Assembly (NCBI GenBank): GCA_030053935.1
Contig: JASGCU010000001.1
Span: 14,738-78,737, forward strand
Direction: 5' to 3'
Length of the DNA: 64,000 nucleotides
Source: Chitinophagaceae bacterium
GTDB taxonomy: Bacteria > Bacteroidota > Bacteroidia > Cytophagales > JASGCU01
Shown in pieces: positions 1-15,000 of the stretch (within the stretch, counting starts at the first letter, position 1; every line of letters begins with the position of its first letter). The notes under the pieces were generated by a model that saw only the letters and a program-made list of their open reading frames with translations, was not told the origin of the DNA and did not search any database. The translations under genes and the position numbers were made by a program.

Positions 1-3000
1 TGTTCTGTATTTGTTCTAGGACAGCAGAGTTAGATATATTGTAGCGAGCAGAGAGTTCTGAGTTTATAGAAGGGGTTAGTTTTATTTTTTTTCTTTCTGC
101 GTATTGTAATAGAGTATCTTTTAGGTTTGTGATAGTTTGATTTGCTTTATGAATAGTTATCACAAAGGTTTGAGTAGTAGGATTGTAATTTTCATTTCCT
201 GATTGGGATACGGTCATAGATACTGTTCCTGCTCCTTTTATTACCAAGGTATCTTGAATGAAAGAAACGATTGTTGTGTCGTGGGATACATATTGAGAAA
301 TAGGTAAATAAGAAGTAGCAGTGATGGTATTTAGTTTATATTTGGTTTTGCTATAGATGAGAGTAGTAGGGGTATAATGTATGGTTTGGTTTGCTTTTTG
401 GATAGTGAGTGGTATTGATATTTGTGTTTTGTATGTTTCTGCGTTTCCATTTTGGGTTGCTGTTATGAATACTTTTCCTGTTCCTACGATAGAAGCGGTT
501 GTACCTTGTATTTTGACAATAGATGTATTAGAAGATATATAGTTTATAGGAAGATGGGCAGAACTTTGTGCATTAAGAGCAAATGAGCTGTCTGTATATT
601 TTTTAGGAGAAGTTACATAGAATTCTGATATGGTTTGGTAGTTTTTATTGACAGAGTATGTATAGCTTTGTATAACGTCATTAGGTGTAGTTCCTGTTTC
701 TGCGGATATAAATATTGATCCTGTATTATCAATAGTAGATGTGAGGTGGTTTGTAGTGAGATTATAAGGAGATGGTGCTATGGTATTCCATATATTATTT
801 TTATATATCCATACTTGTGGTATGTTGTTTTCTATTGCGGATTTGTAGATAATTCCTTCATTATCTATGAGTATATGAGGGTAAGAACTGGTTCCAAATC
901 CTTGTGTTCCTAAGTCGTTCCATGTGCTTCCGTTATAATATTTTGTAATGAGAGAGGATATGTTATTAAGATATGCTATGTAAGGTATATTATCTGGTCC
1001 AAAAATTATTGGGGAGCTTACATTTCCGGAAGTGAGAGTTGTGCCGACAACTCCTACACTTATCCATGTATTATTTTGATATCTGTATGTTTTCAGCGAG
1101 CTCGCGTTATTTACAGTAATATAAGGTATATTATCGTGATCAAAAGACAGTTTTCCATAGGAGTTCGTAATAGATGTTCCTAAGTTCACCCAGTTTGTTC
1201 CTTTGTTTTTTATTATATAAGTAGCATTATCTGTTATTTTTCGGAAAGAAACATAGAGGGTATCGTATTTATCAATTGCAAAATGGATATAATTAATATT
1301 ATCGGGTAAGGAAGAAGAGTTCAAGATGGTTTCCCATGTTTGTGTAATTTTATTATATTTTTTGAGATTTGCTTTATTCGTTCCATCTACGTAAGCAATA
1401 TATGGATTTCCATTATTATCAAGATTCATAAGAGAGTTAGTGCCTACCCCTGCGTTTCCTATATCTACAAAAGATTGTCCTTGGTATTTTAAAAGAGATA
1501 TAGAACCATTTGTTTTTCTAATAGATAGGTAAGGTACGTTATTGATTTTATCTATACCTAATGAATGTTCAGTAGATTTTATGAGTACTGGAGCGGGTGT
1601 AACGTCTGAAACGATATTATTTTTAATAGTTTGAACTCTGAGAGTATTTGCAAAATTACGAGATATAGATGCAATCATTGGTTCTTTATTTACATTTACA
1701 GAGAGAGATGCATCGGATGAAATGCCTGATGAGATGGGAATAGGAGTGTTCCATGCATTTGTATTTATATCAAATTTACTGTAATATATTAAGTTATCTG
1801 TTCCGATTCCACATGGGGAATTTGTTCTGAATACTATGTGCGGTATGGTATCTCTATCTAACACAAGAGTTGGTTTTTCGGATATGTTAGATTGGCATCC
1901 TGATGGGTCTGATGCTCCTGCACTGTTCCATACGATTCCTGCTATTCCTTGGAATGTACTATTTCCTAAGTCTGTCCATATATTTTTGCTATATTTTTTT
2001 ACTCTCAATTTTTGGATTGTTCCTGTTTCTTTGAAAGCGACAAAAACATCACCATTAGGTGCAACAGCAATAGAAGTATAGAGAGCATTTGTAGATATGT
2101 TTCCTATATTTTCCCATCCTGTAGTGGTATTCTGTATAGTTATTTTATAAATATTAAGTCCTGTGTTATCTATGAGAGAGGCGTACGCTGTATCTTGTTC
2201 AGATATTGTTATGTCTATGTTATTTCCGTCTTTTGATATGCTTCTTATAGTATCCCATTTGTTTTGCGATGTGTTATAAAAATAGAGATATAATTTGGTT
2301 CCTGTGTTTGTAAATATATATGGTTTTCCTTTGTGGTAGGTGGTAATATTTCTCCCTGTTGTTGGTATCTCTCCCCTATTTCCTAATACGTTCCATTCAT
2401 TTCCGTCGTACTTCATTGCAGTGATATTATTGTTTTCTGAGGCATCTTGGAAACTTGTGTATATATTATTGGCAGAGTCAGCTGCGATGGATATATTTGT
2501 AGCAAAAGTTATGGAAGAAAGTGAAGCTGTGGAAAACGATTTTGAACCTACGTATTTCCATTCGTTATTTTCTAATGTTCGTATTGCTGCGGTGCCGTTA
2601 CCGTCTTGGAAAGCGGTATATATAGTTCCTATTGAATTTACATATACGGATGTTTGGTTGAGTAATATACTTCCTTCTGCGGGTGAAGATGGTATAGGTG
2701 CAAAGCGTTTTGTATTATCTACAACTGTTGTATTTATTCCATTAGTAATACTTGGTTTTACTTGAATAACAAATGTATTATACAAAGAAGTATATTCTGA
2801 ATTTCCATTGTTCGTTGCGGTAAGTGTGGTATTTCCTATTCCTTTCATTACAAGAGTATCGTTGCCTTTTATAGAAGCTACGGAAGTATTAGAGCTGGTA
2901 AAAGATACTGTTCCTGATGGGATAATTGTATAAGTTAATTTCAGAGGAGCATCACCTAAAAAAACATTGGGATTTGTAAATATAATAGTTTGATTTGCTT

Positions 3001-6000
3001 TATTTATAGATATGGTTTTTGTGATACTTGCGGGGAAATAATTAGCATTTCCTGTTTCAAATGCTGTTATTTGTATTGTTTTACTTGTTCCCGCTGCGGT
3101 AATAGTAACAGTATTGCTTATTATACTTACATTTGTATTGCTGCTGCTAAAAGATACGGGTAATAATGATGTTGAGGTAGCTGTAATTGTAAATGGTACC
3201 CCTATAGTAGTTTCGGTAGGATAAGTGGTAGTAATTTGTTGAGAAGATTTTTGGAGGTTGATGCTTATTGGGTAGGTGACTGTATTCGCTGCTTGATAAT
3301 TTATATTTCCGCTTTGATTTGCAATTATAGAAACCGTGCCACCGGATGCAAATAAGGTTCTTGCTGTGGAGGAAAGGGTGACAGTTCCAGCAGCGATAAT
3401 AGTAAATCCTGTATTTGTAGATGAGTATGTTATAGGTAATCCCGAGGTGGTAATTGCGGGATTAAATATAAGAGATGTGTCATTTCTACCAAAAACATAG
3501 GTTGTATCAAAGGTTATAGATTGTGATGCTCTGTGAATAGTAATATTTTGAGTAACAGAGGCGGGGTTATAATTTTGATTTCCTGTTTGGTATATGGTTA
3601 CGGAGGTCGTGCCTGCTTCCAAAATAGTTATAGTATTTCCGGTTATATCTATCTTCGTATTTGCACTTGAGTAAGAGAGTGGTAGTGTAGAACTATTTGT
3701 AGCCACTATAACAAATGGAGCATCTCTGTATGTTTTATTTGCTAATGTAAATTGTATATTTTGGTTTTGTTGGGATACTGTAAAAATAAGAGATATAGGA
3801 GGAGCAGCATCGTAGATGTTGTTTCCGGTTTGATAAGCAACAAGAGATGTTGTTCCTGCATTTCTTATAATAACTGTAGATCCGCTTATTTGAGCTATTT
3901 GTGTGTTAGAGCTGCTGTATTTTAGGGGAAGTAAAGAGGAGGCAGTTGCATTTAAGACAAAAGAAGGGTCTCCATAAGTTTTATTCGTAATGGCAAAAGT
4001 TATGGTTTGTGTATTTACTTTATAACCAATGGTAAAGTATCCAATAGTTGTGCTTGGGGTAAATACAAATTCTAATTGGTTGGTATGAGAGTTAGCGGTT
4101 GGATTGATGACGGTTACATTATTAAAATTTTTATTATCTGCAATGATCATACTGTACTTAGAAGGGTTTTCTAGATTTGAGAGAGCGAAGTTCAAAGTAA
4201 GTTCTCCTATGTTTCCTGTATGTTGGTATGCAAATACTCTTGTTAATAATCTATGAGGATTATAGATATGGTTCACGCTATCTACTCTTGTACCGCTAAA
4301 GGAAGAGGTTCCTGTGTTATTATCTCCCCATATAAAATAAGAGTTATTGGTTGGTTCGCTGTTGTATCTTATTTTGAGTATACCTGTTCCTTGGGCTTCT
4401 GTTACTTTTTCTTGGGAAGAAATTTTTCCGATACCTGCCACATTGAGGTCAAAATCTCCTAAAGCGGGATTATCTAGAGTATATAAGTCTACCGTTGGGG
4501 TGAGAGTTATATTATATTTAGCTGCGAGATAATTCGTAAGAATATTGTGTTCTACGGTATTTATTTTTCTATTATAGAGAATTATTTCATGAATAGTTCC
4601 TTTCCAGAGAGATCCTTGGGTTATTTCAGAATTTGCACCGATTCTGAATATATTATGAGGGGTAGAATCTATACGTGTGAAAAGTGGAGAGGTGTTATTA
4701 ATGGAGAATAAGAGAGAATCATTGTTGTAAAGTGCGGCAGTTATAGTAGGAGTATTGAGAGCGGTAGAGGAAGAAGCACTTGTATTATTATTCGCAAATA
4801 GGGTATACTTATCGCTTGTATTTTTTCCTATTCCGAAAGAGGTTTGGTTATTTTTTTCTCCGTAAGAAATAATATACGCTGTATTGTTGGTAGTAGCGCT
4901 GTCACTTGCAACGGTGATGAGAGTTCTGCTTTCTTGATAGAATGGGATTCTGTTATTTCCGAAGGTGTAATAGGTATTTGTTCCGTTGAAATAGATACCT
5001 CCTTTATTTGGCTGTGTTCCAACAAATATACCTCTATTAGAAGTAGAAGATTGAATTGCATTATTATTTCTATTAGATTTATCTTTCCATGTTTGAACAA
5101 CCGTGCCTGCTGTTGGGTTTGGAGTACTTACGTCTCTTCCGTCTAACCAAAGGACTACATCTGTTTCTTGTCCATTTACAATGCCGATTCCTGCAGGTCC
5201 ATTAGGATTTTCTACATAGAGGGTGTCATGGATAGGGATTATGACATAATTTTTATTGCGAGTATTAACGCCTGTTGTATCTACTGTGATGGGGTATTTT
5301 CCTATGGAATTAGGGGTAGTAGATATGGTGGCAGTAGGTTTGAGAGTATAGATATTTTGATCATCGGGTGTTATAAATCCTTTATAGGATATGGTAAATA
5401 GAGGGTTTTCTTGATATACAGTTTTTGTTTTTCTATCGGCTTTTGCAAAAACAGTTGCTTGGGTTACTGTTAATCTTCCTGTATTGTATACAAAATTGTA
5501 ACGAGAAGAAGCTCCACCTGAAAGTTTTATGGTATCGTATATTCCAATAGGTATGGTTTTAGGGATAGGAATAAGAGATATGGGTGAAGAGAAGTCAATG
5601 CTATCATAAGTGTGTCCTGTTTTCAAACCATTTATACTCAGGTTTGATGGTTTGAAAGAAATCGTATCTGTAGTTCCAAAAGATCTGCTTATAGGAGCTA
5701 TAGTTATAGAAAGAGAGGATTTGTTAATAGTTATGGATTGTTGTGCGGATCCGTAAGCAAGTATATTATCAACAGCATTTTGTTGTGCAATGAGAGAAAT
5801 AGTTCCTATTTTTTTTATGATAAGCGTATTTCCATTTACCGATGCGACTTGTGTGTTGCTGGAAATATAGGTAATTGGGGTTGTGGAAGATGATGTTATG
5901 TATGTATTCAGGTTTATTTCTCCTTGGGCGTAGTAAATAGGAGGAATATTCATAGTTATTCTTTGTGGAGTAGCATTTGCTCTGCTGGCAATAGTGAAGA

Positions 6001-9000
6001 ATCCTGTTGAGGTATTTGGTTTTATTCTAAAAATAATTTTATCAGAAAGAACATTTTTAGGAGAGATTTCCACAGCATTGGTCATGTTTCTATTTGGACT
6101 TATGATCAAGAGGTGTTGGGTAGTAGTATTTGTTAGGTAAAAAGTAAGGGTGAGGGAGTCAATAGCATTTGCACTTGGTCCTGCACTATTTCTTTGATTA
6201 AATGACCATTTCTTTTGGATAGTGCTGAATCTTGCACCGTTTGTAATAAGTGTATCTGTAAAGAGGTTTAGAGAATCATTATCCCCCCAGATAAAATATT
6301 CTCCATTTACATCTAATCCTAGTGGATGAGAAATTTTTAGTATGCCTGTTCCTTTTGCGGAAGTAATAGTTCCATCTGCTTCTTGTCCTATACCCGATAC
6401 ATTATAATCAAATCCATTTGTTATTTCATCTTGAGTATAGTAGTTATTTTGAGAAAGAGTAGTGTTGTATTTTGCAGATAGGTAGTTAGATAGAATTATT
6501 TGTTCTACTGTGCTGAGAGTTCTATTAAATATTATAATTTCATTTATAGAGCCGTTCCAATATTTAGAATTATTAGAGGCATCATATCCTATGGATAAAA
6601 ATTCATGAGAAGTAGAATCTATGGATACAGTATCAGCTTGGAAATTATGTATTCTTCCTCCTACTTTAAAAGATACTTTATTTGTATTGTTATTCGGGAT
6701 ACTCACGACAGACATTATATCGGTAGTTGATGTATTATTTGAGGAAGATATTTTTTTATAGTTATTTCCTGATAAGAAAGCATAAAAATTTTGTGCATCT
6801 TTTCCTATTGCAAAATTTTTCTGGGTAGTGCTATTTCCAATGGATAGTATGTAGCGAGTTCCTAAATCGGTGTTTCCTACAGCAATTATAGTTCTTTGTT
6901 GTAGTTTGGTAGGAATGTTTGTTTTCCCAAAGGTCATTCCACTTGTTCCGTCAAATGTGAGAGAAGGTGAATTTTTATTTGGGAATGTGAATGTTATAGT
7001 TCCTCTGCTTGTTTGTGCGTTATTATTCTGTCCAGATTTATCATTCCATAAGGATAGAGTAGTATTTGCATTATTTTTATCAATGCTATTTGCGTCTAAC
7101 CAAAGAGTTATATCGGGAACGGATGAGTTTATTGCTCCTATTCCTGCTGGTCCTTTTGATTCTACTATTGATAGTGTTCCTGTTTGAGGAATGATTTTAT
7201 AGTTATTTCCTGAAATGGATGCGTTAGCATCTGTTGTATCCAATGTTATGGAATGATTTCCGATAATATTGGGAGTTCCTATTTGGATTTGTGGTTTTGT
7301 ATTGAGGTTAGATTCTGTTTCATTATTTACAAATCCTTGGTATATTATTGGAATAGTAGGAATAGTGTTTTCAATAACAACTGCTTTACTTTGAGGTGTG
7401 GCGATGAGAGTAGCACGTTCTATTTTTATATTTCCTTCTCTATAATCAAAGGTATAGTTATTTGCTTTGGCGTTAGCAATAGTAAGAGCATTGAGTTTGA
7501 GTCCTGCGTTGAAGTTTATTCCTTGTTTTACTTTTACGGTAGGATATTGTACAAGAATATTTTGTGGTGTTTCACCTGTTTTGAGTCCATTAAATTGGAA
7601 GGCATTGAGATTAAACGTATTTGCGAATGCAGTATCTCCATATATTTTTATTGGGGTTTGTGTTAAGTTTATAGTAGCTCGTGCTTTGTTTATGGTAATT
7701 GTTTTATATACGGGTAATGCGTGGTCGTATGTTTGGTATCCTTCTTTTTCTGCTATAATAGTGACTATTCCTACGCCTTTTATTTGAGCATTGTATATTC
7801 CTGTGGCGCCGCTCATTGTTAATTTCAAAAGAGTAGTATCTAAGCTTCTTATAGTTACGGGGGTGAATGTGCTTCCGGTTGCGGAGGCATTTATAATAAA
7901 GTCAGCGTCTGCATACTCTTTTGTTTGGGTTATTTGATTATATGTTATTACTTGGGCTGTTTTACTTCTACTTGCGGCTAAGGTAAAGTATCCATTGGAT
8001 TGAGATCCTATTTTTACTTTATAGGTTACTTTTTCATTTGAATAGAATAATGGGTTTATTATCTGAGTAGTATTATCAAATACATTTGATGTATTTAAAA
8101 GGAGTTTTAAGGTATCCCCATTAAAAGAATTCGCAGAGAAAGTAAGGGTTACAGAATCTATATTTCCGATGTGATTAAATGCCCATTTTCTTTTGAAAGG
8201 ATTGTAGTTTTTAGTTTGTATAGTAAGATTATAGGAAGAGAGCGTTGCTGATGAATCGTTATCTCCTGCAAGGAAGTATTCATTGTCTTCTAATCCTATG
8301 GGGTTTGTAATTTTTAAAATATCTATTGGGGATGCTTCGGATACATAATTGCTATTATCTGTTTTTCCTATACCTGTAACATTGTAATCGTAGTTACCGT
8401 TTGCAGGGTTATCCATAGTATATATATCTTGGGATGTTAGAGGGATGTTATATTTTGCGGATAGATAATTTTGAATGATTATATCTTCAGTAGTATTGAG
8501 GGTTTTGTTGTAAATAAGGACTTCTTTCAGGTTCCCGTTCCAATATTCTGAATTTCCGTTGATGGAGCTGTTCCCTAGTTTATAAGCACCGTTCGCTGCG
8601 GGAGATGTGCTGAGTATTTGTGCATTGTTTATATCATTATTAATTTTTACTACGTTATTGATTACTGAAAGAAGAGTATTGTTAGAACTGGTGGCATTAG
8701 TAGATATTGTTTGAGAATTGCTAAAAAATGCATAGTTATTATTGATTTTGCCAATGTTGATATTGTTTCCTGTGGAAGTGCTTCCCCAAGAAAGTGCTAT
8801 TTGATTTCCGTTATTGGTATTGTTAGAGGTAACGATAAACACTGATTTGGGATTCGTTCCTGTTGGTATATCTGTGGAGCCAAAATTATAGAATTGTTCT
8901 TCCGATGCGTTAAAAATAAGTCCTCCATCATTTTGATTTGAGAGGAGAGCTGTTGGGGTTTTAGAAAATATGGTTTGGGTTGCGTCATTATATTTTCCTG

Positions 9001-12000
9001 ATTTATCTTTCCAAGTAGCGATTTGATAGGAAGCATTCGTTTTGTTTGCGTTTATATCTCTTCCATCAAGCCATAGAACAAGGTTATTATGAATTATTTT
9101 AGGGGTTATAGTAAATGGAGCTGTATTGAGAGTAAGGATATAATTTTTATTGAGTTTGGTTTCTGTAGTATCTATGGTAATAGAATAATTTCCTATTGGA
9201 GATGTTTTTATAGCGGTAGAATGTGCTTGTGGTAATCTACCTAAAGCGGATAGTTTGAGGGAATCGAAAGGGTTGATGGTATTGTATTGGATAGTAAATA
9301 GAGGGTTTTCTTCGTTAAATTCTTTTGTTTTATTATCAGGAGTAAGGGTCAGGTTTCGTTTTGTTATAGTGAGGTCAGAAGGTATATAATAGAATTCATA
9401 ATTCGTTGCTCTGGCATCTGATACTCTGACAGAGTCGTTATAAGTACCTACTTCAAGGGTAGAATCGGCGTATGTTATTGTAGGAGTAGTGGTGATGGCA
9501 GAATTGTTATCTGTAATTCCGTTGATAGTTTTAAATCCATTATAGGTAATAGAGGGGTTTGATGATGGTGTTTTATTTCCATAAATGCGAGATATGTTTG
9601 GAATGGTAACGGTAAGGATTGCTTTGTTGATAGTAAGAGTTCTTGTAACAGGTATTGCAGCGTTATACTGAGAGTTTCCTGTTTGAATAGCCGTTATGGT
9701 GGTAGTTCCAGCGGATAAAATTTGAATAAAATTACCGTTGTTATTTATAATTCTGATTACTTGGGTATTAGCATTGGAGTAAGTTACAGTAAGAGAAGAA
9801 CTGGCAGTTGCATTGAGTATTTTTAATCCATCTCCATAAACAAAGCTTGTTGGGAAGGTAAAATCTATAACATTTGATAATCTATTATTTACTACAAGGG
9901 TTCGGTATACGGGGGGAGCAGCTTTATAGTTATGGTTTCCTGTTTGAGTAGCTGTTATGGTTACGGTTCCGGGGTCTACAAGGGTTAGAGTAGAGTCGTT
10001 TATGAATCTTGCTATGTCTGTATTAGAAATGGAGAACATTATTTTGAGTCCGGAGGTAGTAGTAGCTGGTATAATAAAATCAGGGTCAAAAGGGTTTTTA
10101 TGAGCGAGTGCGGGAAATACAATAGTTTGGATAGCAGTGTCAATAGTTAATATTTGAGTAAGAGAAACGGAATTTGCATAGTTAGTTGGATCACCTGATA
10201 TAAGAGCGGTAATATTTACTGTGCCTGCTTGTTTTATTTTCACAGTATCGGTGTTTATAGAAGCGATAAGGGTATTATGGCTGGAGTATACAACCTTTAG
10301 GAGTGATGAGTTAGCTGTAGATTGAAGGATAAAAGGATTGTCTCCATAGGTTTTTCGTATATCTAAGAAAGCCAGGGTGAGTGTTTTTCTAAGAATATTC
10401 ATTGTGTATACAAGTGGTGTTGCAGATGCATAGTTTGCATTACCTGTTTGGATAGCAGTTATACTTGCCGTACCTGCTCCTAATATACGAATGGTATCCG
10501 CACCGATTCTTAATACTGAGGTGTTTGCAGATGAGAAAATTATAGGGAGCGAAGCATTATAATTATTAGGAGATGTAAGATTTGCGTTTATTATGAAGGG
10601 TGCATCTTCAAAGGTTTTTTGAGGAATGAATGCGATATTTATACTTTGTGAGTTTTTAGATACAGTAAATGTATGAGAAACTGTTTGGGAGGAGGGGTCA
10701 TAATTATTTCCTCCGTTATGAGTAGCATATATTGTAAATATTCCTGCATTCAAAATGGTTGCATTCACACTTGTAACCCCTGCTGCGGTGTTTATATATG
10801 TAGAATCATTTGAAAATACTATATTCGTATTTGATGATGAATATGTAATAGGTAGCTGAGCGGAGGAGAGAGCATTGAAAGTGATAATATTATTATTATC
10901 ACCAAATGTTCTGTTATTTATAGTAGCAAAAGAAAGTGATAATACCCGTGGAACTATGGTTACTATTTGAGAAACAGAATTTGCTGCCGATACATTGGTA
11001 TTGCCTGTTTGGGTTACAGTTATCAGGGTAGTTCCTATGGATAGTATTTGGAGATGGTTTGTGTTTATAATATTTCCTACTAAAGTATTGCTACTGCTAT
11101 ATATAAGAGGTAATCCGGTAGGTTTTGTAATATGGGAATATTGAGTAATTGCGGATAGTGTGAATATATTATTATTATTTCCGTAAGTTAATACAGGAAT
11201 ATTTGTGAGAGTAATTGTTTGATTTGCTTTGCTTATGGAAAAAGTTCGGATTTCAGGGGTAGCGGCATAAAAATCATCTGTGCCATCTACGGAAGCAGTG
11301 ATGTTTACGGTTCCTATTTCTGTTATTTGTAGAGAATCTGTTTGGGAAGGGGTTCCAAAGTTATTTGTAGTTATGAGAGATCTTTCGGGATGAGAACTTG
11401 TGAATCTTATGGGGAGAGATGATGATGAGGTCGCTTGGAGTAGAAATGCATTATCTCCATAAGTTTTATGTAAAAGATTAGGGAAATGTATGGATTGGGA
11501 TTTTTTGAAAATAACTAAGGGTTGGTTGAAAGATGATGAAGCGGGATTGTAGTTATCTCCTCCATTGTAGGAAGCGGTGATGATAGTTGTTCCTGATTTT
11601 ATAATATGTATGCTGTCATTACTTATAGAAACAATGGAAGAGCTGCTCGTATAGGTAAGCGAAAGAGATGGATTTATGCTTACGGTAGTAATTTTAAATG
11701 TAGGATCTCCGATAGTTTTGTTCGGTAATATTCCAAAGCTGAATACTACTGATTTTTTGCTGATGGTCAGTATTTGTCTGATAGTATCGGAAAGTATATA
11801 ATTTTCGTCTCCTGTATGAAAAGCAGATATTATTACGATTCCATTACCTCTTATTTGGATACTGTCTTTATTATTATTCCTGAAAATAGAAGCAATATGA
11901 GTGTTAGAAGAACGGAAAGAGACGGACAAAGGAGAAGAAGCAGAGGCAGAGAGGGGTATATTATTATCTCCAAAAGTATAGAGTAATGGTATAGAAGTAA

Positions 12001-15000
12001 ATTGAATGGTTTGCCCTGCTTTGTGAATAGTAAATATTCGGGTAATAGCTGTAGCAGGATTATAAATATTGTTTCCACTTTGATTTGCTGTAATGTATAC
12101 GGTGCCTGCTTTTAGTATTTGAATACTATCTACGGTTATTATTTTTGCGATTGTTGTATCCCCACTGGAATATGTTATAGGAAAATCTGCTATTGGTAGT
12201 ATTGTATTGGTTGAATCTACTGAGAAAGCAGTTAATTTCCATGTTCTATCTCCGAATGTTTTTATAGGGAGTGGTGCAAAACTTATACTTTGGAAGTTTC
12301 CATTTTGGACAACAAGAACTTGTGAACGTGCAATAGAATCATAATTTTGATTTCCTGTATTATACGCTGTAATAGTTACTGTTCCTAAACTGATAGTATG
12401 AACTACGCTGTCTTTAGTAATAGATATGTTTCCTTGAATAGAAGGGTTTGTAACATATTTTACTCTTAATCCTGCATTAGTAAAGCGAGGAATAGTATAG
12501 TTTACACCTGGTTTTAGAAATATATTTACAAAAGAGGGTATTCCATTTGCGTCTGGTATTGTTTGTTGTTTTTTATGGATGGTTAATATTTTCTGAGTAC
12601 TGGTGCTAATAATATTGCTATCTCCTATGTAGTATGCGGTAACAAGACAAGTTCCTGCGGACAGTATTTTGATAGAATCTACTTTTTGAAATTGTCCTGA
12701 TATGGTTCTTATTTGGATAAGGGTAGAGGAAGAACTGTATAAGACAGCAAATCCATTATTATTAGATACTGTATTTGTCTGCAGCGTATCGGAGCTTATA
12801 GAAGCAGTGAGAGGAAATGAAACATCGCCGTAGGTTTTTTGAGGAAGAGAGAATGCTATAGTTGGGGTATATTTTTTTACAAATATATTTTTTGTGGCAC
12901 TCGCTGTGTCATAATTTGAATTTTCTGTAATACGGGCAGTGAGTTTGAATAACCCTATTCCCTTTATGAAAATACTATCTCTTTTTTTAGTAGTATTTCT
13001 TAAAATTTCTGCTATTGTTTTGGAGGTAGAATAAGAAATAGTAAGTCCATTATTCTGCATGGATGGATTGGTTAGAAGAGATGTGGTTTGTAAATTTATG
13101 GGAGCAGTTCCGAAAGTAACCGTATCGGGGGTGTTTAATATAATAGTTGGTCTATTTTTGCTTATAGTCATTATTCTGATAACAGCAGTAGAGTCATAAT
13201 TTGTATAAGATATGTTATATGCGGTTATCTGTACGGTTCCGGTTCCTATAATTTTGAGAGTATCTGTGGTATGAGATTGTATTATTTGTGCTATGCTTGT
13301 ATTAGAACTTATATATTTTACACGTAGAATGGTATCCTGTATAGAAGATGGATTGGCTGTAATAGAGGCGGTGAGTTTGATAGGAGTATCTCCAAAAGTT
13401 TTAGAAGATGGAAGGTTAAATGTTATAGAAGGTGTATTTTTTTTTATTATAAGAGTTCGTTTTGTATACCCTGGTCTAACAGTTGCATTTCCTGTATTAA
13501 ATGCAGTTATGACAGTAGTTCCGGCGTTTTGGATTATGAGAGAATCTTGTGGTGTATTTGTTCCTCTTATTTTGACAATATTTGTGTTACTACTGCTGAA
13601 ATATACGGGAAGTGCGGAATTGGAAGTAGCAGTTATTTTAAATTGTGTCATTCCAAAAGTTTTTGGAGAGATTGAATCAAAGGTGATTATTTGAGCATCA
13701 TACTCTTTTCCGATAGTAAATACTCCGAAAGAATTAGGTTTTGGTGCTATTCTGTAAGATATAATGTTATTAACCGTATCTATATTTGTTTCATTATTTT
13801 TAGCACTTATTACTTTTACGCTATCATCACTTTCGTTATTATATCTTATTAATAATTTATATCGGGAATTGAGAGAATCTATTTGAGAGTAGATATTGAG
13901 AGTGAGAGAATCTATACTTCCTTTATGTTGAAAGCCATGATTTTTTTGAGACAGTTGGTAATATTTATTTCCTAAGGTTACAGAGCTTGTTCCTATTGCA
14001 TCTGTTGTAGATATCAGAGAGCTATCGCCCCAGAAGAAATATTCTCCATTTTGAATATTTAAAATATTATTTACACGAACGGAGTTTGTCCCTCTCGCAT
14101 CAGTAACGCTATCTATTGCTTCTTTTCCGACTCCTACTACGTTATAATCAAAATTTCCTTTGGTGCTGTTATCCATTTGGTATATATCTACGTTAGAAGT
14201 AAGAGCTGTATTATATTTAGCAGCAAGGTAATTCCAAAGGATATTTTGTTCAGCGGATGAGGTAGCATTATTTCCAATAGCACGATTATACATTATGATT
14301 TCATAAATAGTTCCATCCCATCGGGCAAGGTTAGAGGTGCTAACACTTTCTCCTATTTTAAATCTAAAAGAAGCTCCTGTTGCTATAGTAGTGTCGGCTC
14401 TGTAGGTGCTTATTCTATTTGTATTTCCATTAACAGAAAATAGTATATTTTTATTGAAAACAGTGGACGAAAGTACTGCATTTTGATCTGTTGCAATAAG
14501 AGGAGAGTTATTGTCTGCTATATTTTGGGTTTTTGAAAAATAGTTATATTTACCGCCTGTTTGTCCCATTCCGAATGCTACGGGAGTAGTTGCAGCATTG
14601 CCGTATTCTACGGATACTTTCTTGTTATTTGTAATAGTTCCTTTTACTGCTATAAACATACTCTTATTGGATGTTCCTAATGGTATTCCATTAAAAGTAG
14701 AGAGAGTAAGGACATGAGATGAAGAACTTGTAAAATTAACTCCTCCGGTTATTCTATTATTAGAAGTCGGGGTAGATGTTCCCGTTGCATTATTGCTTCG
14801 TCCTGATTTATCTGTCCATGTACTTATAGATTGGAGAGGTGTTATATCTCTTCCATCTAACCATAATATTACATCTGATCCTGAATTTCCAATAATACCG
14901 ACTCCTCCGGGTGATCTGGTAATATCTGATATAGTAAGAGTTCCCGTGCTTTTAGAAAGAACAAAAGTATAGTAAGGGTTTGTATAAGAATTTGTGGTAT

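Noticed and set aside
9640-13690. Regular ~250-nt periodicity that could suggest a CRISPR or satellite array
   Set aside because: The units are 250-290 nt, diverged and in frame, and they encode Ig-like domains. There are no short conserved direct repeats separated by unique spacers.
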